31,970 nt of DNA from assembly GCA_036526055.1 (NCBI GenBank), contig DATCZF010000219.1:1-31970 (forward strand), written 5' to 3'. Every line of letters starts with the position of its first letter. Within the stretch, counting starts at the first letter, position 1. This document shows positions 8,140 to 17,225 of this stretch, in pieces. Under the pieces are notes generated by a model. That model was not told where the DNA came from. It did no database searches and worked only from the letters and a program-made list of their open reading frames with translations. Source of the DNA: Woeseiaceae bacterium (GTDB taxonomy: Bacteria; Pseudomonadota; Gammaproteobacteria; Steroidobacterales; Woeseiaceae). Made by a program: the position numbers and the translations under genes.

Positions 8140-8685
8140 CTAAAAGCTCGGCGGTGTGCAGGCCGAAACGACCACGCAGTCCTCGCTGCCGACGTTCCTG
8201 AACCGGTGTGGCAAGCGGCTGTTAAAGCGATACGCATCGCCCGGGCCGAGTACTTCCACCCGATTGTTCACGGTGACCTCCAGCCGCCCCTGAATGATGA
8301 CCCCGCCTTCCTCGGACTCGTGGCTTAACATCGATTGCCCGGTATCCGCGCCTGGGCGATAGACTTCATGCAGGATCTGCAACTGGCTGCCCGCGAGGTC
8401 GCCGCCGACCTGCCGGTAGGAAATCTGCCCGCTGCCAATCTCAACCAGCGTCGAGCGTGGGAAAAAACACTGTTCCTCGACGCCAATCGTCATCGAGAAA
8501 AACTCCGCCAGCGAAACTCCAAGGCTGTCGAGCAACCTTCGCAGCAATCCCATCGACGGATCCGTGCGGCCATTTTCAATCAGCGACACGGTCGCGTTCG
8601 ATACCCCGGAGTGCCGCGCCAGCTGCCGTTGCGACAGGCCGTGACGCTGGCGCAGGCGGCGTAAACGCGGGCCAATCTGCTCCAT
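8140..8685 (-). CDS. puuR: XRE-HTH plus cupin regulator of polyamine catabolism
   Basis: GLSQRQLARHSGVSNATVSLIE HTH. Cupin motifs HESEEGG and FNSRLPHRFRN, and C-terminal VSACTPPSF, as in PuuR/PauR. Divergent from puuB. Confidence 0.87.
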   Translation of the reverse strand: MEQIGPRLRRLRQRHGLSQRQLARHSGVSNATVSLIENGRTDPSMGLLRRLLDSLGVSLAEFFSMTIGVEEQCFFPRSTLVEIGSGQISYRQVGGDLAGSQLQILHEVYRPGADTGQSMLSHESEEGGVIIQGRLEVTVNNRVEVLGPGDAYRFNSRLPHRFRNVGSEDCVVVSACTPPSF

Positions 8686-8706
8686 GACTTAATTACCTTG
8701 TTAAGT

Positions 8707-8779
8707 TGTTAAATATTTCAAACAAAATAATATTAAAAGCTAATTAAAACAAGCATTTAATATTGTCTATTTAAATATT
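8707..8779. promoter_or_regulatory. AT-rich puuR/puuB divergent control region with candidate PuuR boxes
   Basis: TGTT-N10-AACA at 8707-8724. Four AATATT cores at 8712, 8729, 8759 and 8774. Confidence 0.5.
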
Positions 8780-8814
8780 GTTAACTCCAGGTCCGTAGAG
8801 TAGGCTGTGCTGCC

Positions 8815-10095
8815 ATGGCTGAATCAACCGAACATACGCGTTCCTACTATGCCGCGACCGCGCGCGAGCAGACGGCGTATCCGGCGCTGGTCGGCGAACA
8901 CGACTGTGACGTCGCTATCGTCGGCGGCGGGTTTACCGGCGTGGCGGCCGCGTTGCGCCTGTCGGAACTCGGGTATTCGGTCGGGCTCGTCGAGTCCGCC
9001 CGCATCGGTTGGGGCGCCAGCGGCCGCAATGGCGGACAGCTGATCGACAATTTTATCGATGTGAAGCACATTCACCGCAAGCTGGGGTCGCGTGCTGCGG
9101 AGCTCGCTGCCGTTATGAACGTCGAGTGCCGCAACATCCTGGTGGATAACATCGAGCGCTATGGCATCGAGTGCGATCTGCGTTTCGGGTTCCTGGACCT
9201 GGCGACCAAGCCGAAAGACGTCGTCTATTTGCGGAATCAGCTGCAGGCAAAACAGCAGGACGGCTATCCGCACCGGCTCGAATACGTCGAGGGGGCGGAG
9301 CTCGCAAAGCACATCGGTTCGCGCAAATACGTGGGTGCGCTCGTCAACCACGGCAACGGCCATTTACACCCACTGGATCTGTGTGTCGGCGAAGCACGGG
9401 CAGCGGCCGGCCTCGGCGCACGCCTGTTCGAGCAATCACGAGCGACACGGATCGTGCACGGGGCAAAGCCCGCCGTCGAAACCGAGCACGGTGTGCTGCG
9501 CGCGGACAAGGTCATACTTGCCGGCAACGCATACCTTGGGAGCACCGAACCGCGCCTCGCGGGCCTGGTCGTGCCCGCTGGCACGTACATGATAGCGACT
9601 GAACCGCTGTCGGCCGATCTGGCCGATGAGCTTTTGCCGCAAAACGCCGCCTGCTGCGACCAGCGCATCGGCCTGGATTATTTTCGACTGTCGCCGGATC
9701 GGCGCATGTTGTTCGGCGCGCTGTGCAACTATTCGGGCAGGCGCCCGAAGGACATCACAGCAACCATCAGGCAACGCATGGAGAATGTGTTTCCGCAGCT
9801 GCGCGGCGTGGCGGTCGACTACGAGTGGGGCGGCGACATCGCGATCAGTGTCATTCGAGTACCGCAGCTCGGCCGAGTGAGCGAAAATGTACTCTATGCC
9901 CAGGGGTATTCGGGGCATGGTGTAGCGCCGACCCATCTGGCCGGACATATTCTCGCGGAGACGATCGAGGGCAACGAAGAACGATTCAACGTGTTTTCCA
10001 GGATGAAACACTGGCGCCTGCCCGGGGGGAAATGGTTTGCCAATCCCGCCCTGGCGATCGGTATGGGCTACTATCGTCTGAAGGATTTATTTTAG
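8815..10095 (+). CDS. puuB: FAD-dependent gamma-glutamylputrescine oxidase family protein
   Basis: SYYAATA N-terminus, DVAIVGGGFTG FAD motif, GASGRNGGQ, GHLHPLDL, LDYFRLS, YAQGYSGHGV. Confidence 0.88.
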   Translation: MAESTEHTRSYYAATAREQTAYPALVGEHDCDVAIVGGGFTGVAAALRLSELGYSVGLVESARIGWGASGRNGGQLIDNFIDVKHIHRKLGSRAAELAAVMNVECRNILVDNIERYGIECDLRFGFLDLATKPKDVVYLRNQLQAKQQDGYPHRLEYVEGAELAKHIGSRKYVGALVNHGNGHLHPLDLCVGEARAAAGLGARLFEQSRATRIVHGAKPAVETEHGVLRADKVILAGNAYLGSTEPRLAGLVVPAGTYMIATEPLSADLADELLPQNAACCDQRIGLDYFRLSPDRRMLFGALCNYSGRRPKDITATIRQRMENVFPQLRGVAVDYEWGGDIAISVIRVPQLGRVSENVLYAQGYSGHGVAPTHLAGHILAETIEGNEERFNVFSRMKHWRLPGGKWFANPALAIGMGYYRLKDLF

Positions 10096-10101
10096 GGGGA
10101 C

Positions 10102-10121
10102 GCGCGGCCGGTCGGCCGCGC
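10102..10121. repeat. Perfect 9-bp GC-rich inverted repeat between puuB and bauA
   Basis: GCGCGGCCG-GT-CGGCCGCGC with no U-tract. More likely an mRNA-stabilising hairpin than an intrinsic terminator. Confidence 0.5.
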
Positions 10122-10154
10122 CATCGAATCAACATTTGAGTATCGGGAGCAATC

Positions 10155-11495
10155 ATGACGGACAACGCTGCTCAGCAACTGCACGGTGACTTGCCGGATC
10201 TCGAGGCATACTGGATGCCTTTTACCGGGAATCGCTATTTCAAGAAGCATCCGCGAGTTATTTCTCGCGCCCAGGGCATGCATTGCTACACGCATGACGG
10301 GGCAGAACTAATCGACATGGTTGCAGGGCTCTGGTGCTGCAATGCCGGTCATTGCCACCCGAAAATCGTGGAGGCGATACAGAAGCAGGCGGCAACCCTG
10401 GACTATTCCATGGCATTCCAGCTCGGCCATCCGAAGGTTTTCGAACTGGCCAACAAGCTCACTGACATCGCGCCGGATGGCATCGACTATGCCTTCTTTG
10501 TGAACTCGGGCTCCGAGGCCGTCGATACCGCGCTGAAAATTGCCCTCGCTTACCATCGAATTCGCGGCGATGCGTCGCGCACTCGCCTGATCGGCCGCGA
10601 GCGTGGTTACCATGGCGTAGGGTTCGGCGGCATTTCGGTTGGCGGTATTTCACCGAATCGCAAGATGTTTGGCGCCATGCTGCCGGGTGTGGACCACCTG
10701 CCGCATACGCACTACATCGCGAAGAACGGTTACACCCGGGGGCTGCCGGAATGGGGCGCGCACCTGGCAGACGACCTGGAAAACATCGTTGCCCTGCATG
10801 ATCCGTCGACGATTGCTGCGGTGATCGTGGAGCCGATTGCCGGCTCAACCGGTGTGATCATGCCGCCCAAGGGTTACCTGCAGCGCCTGCGCGAGATTTG
10901 TGACAAGCACGGCATCCTGCTGATTTTTGACGAGGTGATTTGCGCCTTCGGCCGGACCGGCGACAGCTTCGCAGCTACCCGGTTCGGCGTCACGCCAGAC
11001 CTCATCACGACGGCCAAGGGCCTGACCAGCGGTACTGTGCCGATGGGCGCGGTACTGGCTCGCAAGGCCATCTATGACACGTTCATGACCGGTCCGGACA
11101 ACGCCATCGAGTTTTTCCATGGCTACACCTACTCCGGGCATCCGCTGGCGGCCGCAGCCGGCTGCGCCACGCTGGACGTCTATGCGGAAGAGGGCCTGTT
11201 CGAGCGTGCGCGGTCGATGGAGAAGTTTGCCGAGGACGCGCTGCACAGCCTGAAGGGTGAGCCGCACGTCATCGATATTCGTAACTTCGGCCTGATCGGT
11301 GCGGTCGAACTCTCGCCCATTGAGGGCCAGCCCACTGCGCGCGCCATGGAGCTGTTCCGGTATTGCTATGACCGCGGCGTGATCATTCGCACTACCGGCG
11401 ATACGGTTGCGTTTTCGCCGCCGCTGATCGTCGAAGAGAGCCACATCACGCGCATGGTCGAACTGGTGCGGGAAGGCCTGCACGCGGTCCGCTAG
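10155..11495 (+). CDS. bauA: Omega-amino acid / beta-alanine-pyruvate aminotransferase
   Basis: YWMPFTGNR, AGLWCCNAGH, NSGSEAVDTALK, RGYHGVGFGGISVGG, VEPIAGSTGV, DEVICAFGR, AKGLTSG, HGYTYSGHP. Confidence 0.88.
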   Translation: MTDNAAQQLHGDLPDLEAYWMPFTGNRYFKKHPRVISRAQGMHCYTHDGAELIDMVAGLWCCNAGHCHPKIVEAIQKQAATLDYSMAFQLGHPKVFELANKLTDIAPDGIDYAFFVNSGSEAVDTALKIALAYHRIRGDASRTRLIGRERGYHGVGFGGISVGGISPNRKMFGAMLPGVDHLPHTHYIAKNGYTRGLPEWGAHLADDLENIVALHDPSTIAAVIVEPIAGSTGVIMPPKGYLQRLREICDKHGILLIFDEVICAFGRTGDSFAATRFGVTPDLITTAKGLTSGTVPMGAVLARKAIYDTFMTGPDNAIEFFHGYTYSGHPLAAAAGCATLDVYAEEGLFERARSMEKFAEDALHSLKGEPHVIDIRNFGLIGAVELSPIEGQPTARAMELFRYCYDRGVIIRTTGDTVAFSPPLIVEESHITRMVELVREGLHAVR

Positions 11496-11555
11496 GCACC
11501 CCTGCGAATGCATCACGATTTCAAATTCAAAAAGTTGGCGGAGTACAAATGAGCC

Positions 11556-13052
11556 ATGAGTAAAATTGCCAGAGTCGGGCACTGGATTAACGGCGCCCCC
11601 TATGAATCCGAATCCAGCCGCTACGATGACGTCCATGATTCGGCGACCGGCGAAAAATGTGCCGAAGTCGTGATGGGCACTCGCCAGGACGTCGATGCGG
11701 CCCTCGCGGCCGCGACGGCCGCGTTTCCTGCCTGGTCACGTACACCGATCCTTCGGCGAGCACGGCTCATGTTCCGGCTGAAGGAACTGATCGAGCGGGA
11801 CAAGGATGAGATCGCCGCGATCATTACCCGCGAGCACGGCAAGGTTCTGCATGACGCGGCAGGTTCCGTACAACGCGGTCTCGAAGTCGTGGAGTTTGCC
11901 TGTGGCATACCGCACCTGATCAAGGGCGAATACAACGACCAGGTCGGTACCGGGGTCGACAGTTATTCAATGCGCCAGGCACTTGGCGTCTGTGTCGGCA
12001 TCACGCCATTCAATTTTCCGGCGATGGTGCCCCTGTGGATGTTCCCGCTGGCGGTCGTTTGCGGCAATACCTTTGTCCTCAAGGTTTCGGAAAAGGACCC
12101 GAGCTGTTCGATCAAGTGGGCAGAATTGATGACGGAAGCCGGCGTACCGGATGGTGTTTTCAACGTGGTGCAGGGCGATAAGGAAGTCGTCAACGCACTG
12201 TTGAATGACGAGCGCGTCGCGGCGGTGAGTTTCGTGGGCTCGACGCCGGTTGCGCAGCACGTGTATTCGACTGCCGCAAAAAACGGCAAGCGCGTCCAGG
12301 CCCTGGGCGGGGCGAAGAATCACCTCGTCATCATGCCGGATGCCGACATGGAACAGGCATCTGACGCCCTTCTGGGCGCCGCCTATGGTTCAGCCGGAGA
12401 ACGCTGCATGGCGATATCCGCGGCAGTCGCGGTGGGTAATGCGGCTGAGCCGTTGCTGGAAAAATTACTGCCGAAGATCGCCGCGCTGAAAGTCGGCCCG
12501 GGAACCGATAACAACAACGACATGGGGCCGCTGATTACGGCGGAGCATCGGGGCAAGGTGCGTTCATACATCGACCTGGGCGTGGAAGAAGGGGCGAAGC
12601 TCCTGGTCGACGGCAGGACGCATGACATTGTTTCGTCGCCCGGTTTCTTCCTCGGCCCGACCCTGTTCGACAATGTCACGACCGACATGCGCATTTACCA
12701 GGAAGAGATTTTCGGTCCGGTACTGACATTGTCGCGCGTTGACTCCTTCGGTGATGCGGTGCAAATGATCAACGATCACCAGTACGGCAATGGCGTCGCA
12801 ATATTCACGCGTGACGGTGATGCGGCACGAGAATTTGCCGCCACTATCGAAGTGGGCATGGTAGGCATCAACGTCCCGATCCCGGTGCCGCTGGCATTTC
12901 ACAGCTTCGGCGGCTGGAAGCGTTCGCTGTTTGGCGACATGTCCATTTACGGCATGGAAGGCGTACGGTTTTATACGCGCCTCAAGACGGTGACATCCCG
13001 CTGGCCAACAGGCATACGGGCGGGCGCCGATTTCTCGATGCCAGTGATGTAA
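11556..13052 (+). CDS. mmsA: CoA-acylating (methyl)malonate-semialdehyde dehydrogenase
   Basis: GITPFNFPAMVPLWMFP, SFVGSTPVA, QALGGAKNH, GSAGERCMA (catalytic Cys), EEIFGPV, VGINVPIPVP, KTVTSRW. Confidence 0.93.
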   Translation: MSKIARVGHWINGAPYESESSRYDDVHDSATGEKCAEVVMGTRQDVDAALAAATAAFPAWSRTPILRRARLMFRLKELIERDKDEIAAIITREHGKVLHDAAGSVQRGLEVVEFACGIPHLIKGEYNDQVGTGVDSYSMRQALGVCVGITPFNFPAMVPLWMFPLAVVCGNTFVLKVSEKDPSCSIKWAELMTEAGVPDGVFNVVQGDKEVVNALLNDERVAAVSFVGSTPVAQHVYSTAAKNGKRVQALGGAKNHLVIMPDADMEQASDALLGAAYGSAGERCMAISAAVAVGNAAEPLLEKLLPKIAALKVGPGTDNNNDMGPLITAEHRGKVRSYIDLGVEEGAKLLVDGRTHDIVSSPGFFLGPTLFDNVTTDMRIYQEEIFGPVLTLSRVDSFGDAVQMINDHQYGNGVAIFTRDGDAAREFAATIEVGMVGINVPIPVPLAFHSFGGWKRSLFGDMSIYGMEGVRFYTRLKTVTSRWPTGIRAGADFSMPVM

Positions 13053-13090
13053 GGACGATTGCCGGCAAACACCCCTGCTGCCAGCTGAGC

Positions 13091-13099
13091 TGCTAGAAT
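13091..13099 (+). promoter_or_regulatory. Candidate extended -10 promoter for the hydrolase-metF pair
   Basis: TG-C-TAGAAT about 30 nt upstream of ATG 13130. Confidence 0.35.
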
Positions 13100-13129
13100 C
13101 GGCTTATTGCTGCGAGCCGGGGTGTCACG

Positions 13130-13891
13130 ATGCAAATCGAGGTTGCAGGCCACCAGACCCACCTGGAATCGAGCGGAAATCCAGACGGACCGCTCGTGGT
13201 CTTCATTCACGGATCGGGAAGCCACGGGGTTGCCTGGACTCACCAGTTACAGGGACTGGCAGATGCGGGTTGCTGGCTGCTGGCGCCGGATTCGCCGGGC
13301 CACGGTCAGTCTGCTGGAGAACTCCTCACGAACATCGCAGATCAAGCTGACTGGTTGGCGGCCTTGCTGGCGAAGCTTGGTCGAGAGCGGGCAACCGTCG
13401 TCGGCCATTCGATGGGCGCGCTGGCGGCACTGGAATTTGCGGCGCGCTACCCGGCGCTCACGAATCGCATTGTCCTCGTCGGCGCTGTGCCGCGAATGGC
13501 AGTGAACCCCGATCTTCTTGCGTTGGCCAAGGCGAATGATCCACAGGCTGGCCGGCTGTTGGCCTCCTGGAGTTGTTGCAAGGGAGACGAATCCGCCGAG
13601 ATACGGCAAATCGCCGAAGCAAGGTATTTAAAGAACCCGCCCGGCGTGCTGTGGAATGACCTGAACGCCTGTGACCGCTATCTTGACCTGGACGAGACTG
13701 CTGCAAAGGTAACCTGCCCGGTTGCGGTCATCTCGGGCAGCGAGGATCGCATGACCCCGGCGAGCGGGGGACAGGAACTGGCTGCACGTTTTCAAGGCGG
13801 TCAACACTACGCGATCGATGCGGCGGGACACCAGGTGATGCAGGAGCAGCCTGCTGGCGTAAACCGGCTTCTGCGGGACATGCTGTCATGA
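13130..13891 (+). CDS. Alpha/beta-fold hydrolase
   Basis: VFIHGSG oxyanion region, GHSMG nucleophile elbow, GSEDRMTP (Asp) and AGHQVM (His) give a complete triad. Confidence 0.88.
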   Translation: MQIEVAGHQTHLESSGNPDGPLVVFIHGSGSHGVAWTHQLQGLADAGCWLLAPDSPGHGQSAGELLTNIADQADWLAALLAKLGRERATVVGHSMGALAALEFAARYPALTNRIVLVGAVPRMAVNPDLLALAKANDPQAGRLLASWSCCKGDESAEIRQIAEARYLKNPPGVLWNDLNACDRYLDLDETAAKVTCPVAVISGSEDRMTPASGGQELAARFQGGQHYAIDAAGHQVMQEQPAGVNRLLRDMLS

Positions 13892-14787
13892 AAACGCAAA
13901 ACGACCGGCTGCGCCGCACGCTCGAGTCCGGGCATTTCGCTATCACGGCCGAGCTGACCCCGCCGCGAGGCGCTGACTTTCGATCTTTGCAGGAAGCCAT
14001 TGCGATTCTCGGTAACACGGTTACCGCCGTGAACGTGACGGACGGCGCCGGTGCACGTGTCAGGATGTCGAGCCTGGCGGCGGCGATCTACGTTCGCGAG
14101 CATGGCCTCGAGCCGATCATGCAGATGACGTGCCGGGACCGGAATCGGCTGGCGTTGCAAGCCGAGGCGCTGGGCGCGGCGGCGCATGGCATTCACAATG
14201 TGCTGGCGTTGACGGGAGACCGGCCGGCGGACAGTACCTCGCTCAAAAGTGTTTTCGATCTCGATTCGAAATCGCTGGTCAGCATGCTGGCTCACCTCAG
14301 CAAAACCGGAACGACGCTCTCCGGAAGCGAGCTTTCGAGTTCTCCGGCGTTCTTCATTGGGGTCGCGGACAGCCCGGTGGAGCCCGGCCCCGACTGGCGG
14401 CCGGTCGCGCTTGCCGCCAAGCAGGCTGCCGGCGCCCGGTTCGTCCAGACACAGTACTGCTATGACCCGGGTTTGCTCAGCCGCTACCTCGAGCGACTTG
14501 CGGAATTCGGTTTACTGGACAAGCTGTATTTTCTTGTCGGGCTGGGGCCGCTGCCATCGGCCCAGGCTGCCCGGCGCATGCGGGAGAAGTTACCCGGAAC
14601 GGTGATTCCGGAGGGACTGATTCGCCGTCTTGAAGCGGCACGCGACCAGCGGCTGGAAGGTACCGTCATCTGTGCTGAACTCATTCAGCAGGTCCGCGAG
14701 ATAAATGGTGTCGCCGGCGTGCACCTGATGGCGCCCGGCATGTATCGCGAAATGACCGATGCGATCAGGTCTGCGGGGCTGACCTGA
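13888..14787 (+). CDS. metF: Methylenetetrahydrofolate reductase family protein
   Basis: ITAELTPP (catalytic Glu), VNVTDG, MQMTCRDRNR, LALTGD (catalytic Asp), FVQTQY, GVHLMA. ATGA overlap with the upstream hydrolase. Confidence 0.85.
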   Translation: MKTQNDRLRRTLESGHFAITAELTPPRGADFRSLQEAIAILGNTVTAVNVTDGAGARVRMSSLAAAIYVREHGLEPIMQMTCRDRNRLALQAEALGAAAHGIHNVLALTGDRPADSTSLKSVFDLDSKSLVSMLAHLSKTGTTLSGSELSSSPAFFIGVADSPVEPGPDWRPVALAAKQAAGARFVQTQYCYDPGLLSRYLERLAEFGLLDKLYFLVGLGPLPSAQAARRMREKLPGTVIPEGLIRRLEAARDQRLEGTVICAELIQQVREINGVAGVHLMAPGMYREMTDAIRSAGLT

Positions 14788-14806
14788 ACCTTGCACGCGC
14801 CAGGAC

Positions 14807-15160
14807 TCAGGCGCTCTTTGCGGGTGCCAGGGCTTTTTCGAGGCTGGCCTGGTAGTCGCGCGCGGGACGCGCCCCGACCAAAGACTCCACCACCTGGCCG
14901 TTCCGGAACAGCATGACCGTGGGTATCGACCGAATACCGAGTCGCGCCGCAGTCTGCTGATTACTGTCGATATCGACCTTGGCGACTTTTGCCCGCCCCG
15001 CATACTGGGTGGCAAGCGCTTCGATGACCGGGCCGACCATCCTGCATGGCCCGCACCACTCGGCCCAGAAGTCGACCAGTACCGGTTCCTGCGATTGCAG
15101 AATCTCGGCCTCGAAGTTGCTGTCGGTAAGATGAATGACGTTGCTGCGCGGCTGGCTCAT
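14807..15160 (-). CDS. trxA: Thioredoxin
   Basis: VLVDFWAEWCGPC, GIRSIPT. Start moved to ATG 15160 (GGAG 5 nt upstream); 117 aa. Confidence 0.95.
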   Translation of the reverse strand: MSQPRSNVIHLTDSNFEAEILQSQEPVLVDFWAEWCGPCRMVGPVIEALATQYAGRAKVAKVDIDSNQQTAARLGIRSIPTVMLFRNGQVVESLVGARPARDYQASLEKALAPAKSA

Positions 15161-15311
15161 GGGGGCTCCATCCGATCGGGTTCGTTGTGAGCATTCATTG
15201 ATTGGGACTGGCGGCCGGATTTCAAGGTGCGCTGTCGGTCGCAAGGCTGTCTCGGCGCCGCGCCGCGATGCTATATTGGGGCGCAAAAGAGGCCACTGCC
15301 AGGGAAGTCGT

Positions 15312-15869
15312 ATGCAAACCAAAGGAGAGTACCTGATTGCCGCCCCGCGGGACGCGGTCTGGGCGGCGCTCAATGACCCCGCGGTGCTGCAGCAGTGCAT
15401 TCCCGGATGTGAGAGTTTCAGTGCCGCCGAGGGTGGTCGGTTTGAGGCCCTGGTTGCCGCCTCCGTAGGTCCGGTGCGGGCGAGCTTCAAGACCAGCATT
15501 GCGCTCGAGGAATTAGAGCCGCCGCAGCGTTATTCCCTGGTCGGCGAAGGGCGCTCAGGCGCCGCCGGGTTCGCCAAGGGGCGCGCGGACGTGCACCTGG
15601 TCGCGGAAGGGGAGCAGACCCGCCTGCATTATTCGACGACGTTCCAGGTGGGCGGCAGATTGGCGCAGGTAGGTTCGCGTCTGGTTGTCGCCGCAACGCG
15701 CAAGACGACGGACGAGTTTTTTGCGGCGTTCACACGTCACCTGGAGTACGGGACTGCCCCAGCGGACGCGCGCATGACGGCAGCAGCGCCAACGTTCAAT
15801 TGGCGCATGTTGGCGGCCGTCGCTGCGGCACTGTTAGTGGCCGGTATTCTGCTCTGGACGGTTTTGTAG
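15312..15869 (+). CDS. coxG: CoxG / SRPBCC family protein with C-terminal membrane anchor
   Basis: VWAALNDPAVLQQCIPGCE, VGGRLAQVGSRLV, hydrophobic C-terminus LAAVAAALLVAGILLWTVL. Start moved to ATG 15312. Confidence 0.87.
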   Translation: MQTKGEYLIAAPRDAVWAALNDPAVLQQCIPGCESFSAAEGGRFEALVAASVGPVRASFKTSIALEELEPPQRYSLVGEGRSGAAGFAKGRADVHLVAEGEQTRLHYSTTFQVGGRLAQVGSRLVVAATRKTTDEFFAAFTRHLEYGTAPADARMTAAAPTFNWRMLAAVAAALLVAGILLWTVL

Positions 15870-15917
15870 CGGGCCTGGGGCCGCTATCATCACGGGTTCA
15901 GCGACATCGGAAACGCT

Positions 15918-16418
15918 ATGGCACACAACATTGAATTTCGGCTAAACGGTTCAACAGTCAGCGAATCAGTCACGGCCAACTTGCTGCTTGTTGACCTGTT
16001 GCGGGACCGATTGCGGCTGACCGGTACCCACGTTGCCTGCGATACGAGTCAGTGCGGCGCCTGCGTCATTCATGTCAACGGCCGCTCGGTAAAAAGCTGC
16101 TCCCTGCTGGCCGTGCAGGTGGATGGCTGTGACCTCACCACAATCGAGGGCCTCGCCCGTGGCGCAGAACTGCATCCTTTGCAGGCGGCGTTCAGGGACT
16201 GTCATGGGCTTCAATGCGGCTTTTGTACGCCTGGCATGATCATGAGCGCGCTGGATCTCCTGCAACGGGATTCATATCCGGACGAGCAGCAGATCAGGCA
16301 GTGGCTGGAAGGCAATATCTGCCGCTGCACCGGGTATCACAACATCGTCCGTGCTATCCAGGCTGCGGCCGCGAGCATGCGCGGTGACGCGGTCGTGCAG
16401 GCAATGGACGGCGACTGA
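15918..16418 (+). CDS. coxS: [2Fe-2S] small subunit of a xanthine-dehydrogenase/CO-dehydrogenase (form II-like) family enzyme
   Basis: [14 protein letters not shown] ... [26 protein letters not shown] (two [2Fe-2S] sites). Confidence 0.92.
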   Translation: MAHNIEFRLNGSTVSESVTANLLLVDLLRDRLRLTGTHVACDTSQCGACVIHVNGRSVKSCSLLAVQVDGCDLTTIEGLARGAELHPLQAAFRDCHGLQCGFCTPGMIMSALDLLQRDSYPDEQQIRQWLEGNICRCTGYHNIVRAIQAAAASMRGDAVVQAMDGD

Positions 16419-17215
16419 TGTACGACTTCGATTATTACCGCGCGGAAAGTATCGAACAGGCCAGGGAATTGCTGGCCGCAAACAGCGAAGCGAGGTTGCT
16501 CGCGGGTGGAATGACGCTGTTGCCGGCAATGAAAATGCGCCTGGCCGCGCCCCCTGCGATCGTCGACATCGGCCACTTGCAGGATCTCAAGGGTGTCTGT
16601 GTAGACGGGGACGCCGTTGTCATAGGCGCTTTGACGACACATGCTGAAGTCGCCGACAGCGAAGTCCTGAGAACCGTTTTTCCCGCGCTCGCCGACGTTG
16701 CCGCGCATATCGGCGACGCACAGGTACGCAATTGCGGGACACTCGGCGGATCGCTGGCGAATAACGATCCATCGGCGGACTATCCTGCCGCAGTCCTGGC
16801 GCTCAATGCGGTCATACGGACAAGCCACAGAGATATTGCCGCCGACGAGTTTTTCACGGGAATGTTCGAGACAGTGCTGGCGGCAGACGAAATTATTCTT
16901 TCGGTAAGATTTCCGCTGCCCCTTTTCGCCGCTTACGTGAAATTTCCGAACCCGGCATCCCGCTATGCCATCGTTGGCGTCATGGTTGCCAAGCACAGCA
17001 GCGGCGTAAGGGTTGCGGTCACGGGCGCCGGCGCCTGCGTGTTTCGCGCCCGCGACATCGAGGCGTTACTCGATCAGCGATTTGACGAAAACGCGTTGCA
17101 GGACTTTGCCTTCGCGGCGGATGACCTGAACGATGACATGCATGCCAGCGCGGAATACAGGGCGCATCTCGTGGTTGTGATGGCACGGCGGGCCACCGCC
17201 GCCGCCCGCTGTTGA
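16418..17215 (+). CDS. coxM: FAD-binding medium subunit of a xanthine-dehydrogenase/CO-dehydrogenase family enzyme
   Basis: [73 protein letters not shown] overlap with coxS. Confidence 0.92.
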   Translation: MYDFDYYRAESIEQARELLAANSEARLLAGGMTLLPAMKMRLAAPPAIVDIGHLQDLKGVCVDGDAVVIGALTTHAEVADSEVLRTVFPALADVAAHIGDAQVRNCGTLGGSLANNDPSADYPAAVLALNAVIRTSHRDIAADEFFTGMFETVLAADEIILSVRFPLPLFAAYVKFPNPASRYAIVGVMVAKHSSGVRVAVTGAGACVFRARDIEALLDQRFDENALQDFAFAADDLNDDMHASAEYRAHLVVVMARRATAAARC

Positions 17216-17225
17216 GCCAGGCACG

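Noticed and set aside
14807-15499. 230-aa 'extended thioredoxin'
   Set aside because: The N-terminal extension overlaps coxG on the other strand. ATG 15160 has a good SD and gives a normal 117-aa TrxA.
15918-17215. True aerobic CO dehydrogenase (form I)
   Set aside because: No large subunit, so no AYXCSFR motif to examine. Gene order is not MSL and coxDEF are absent. CO oxidation cannot be claimed.
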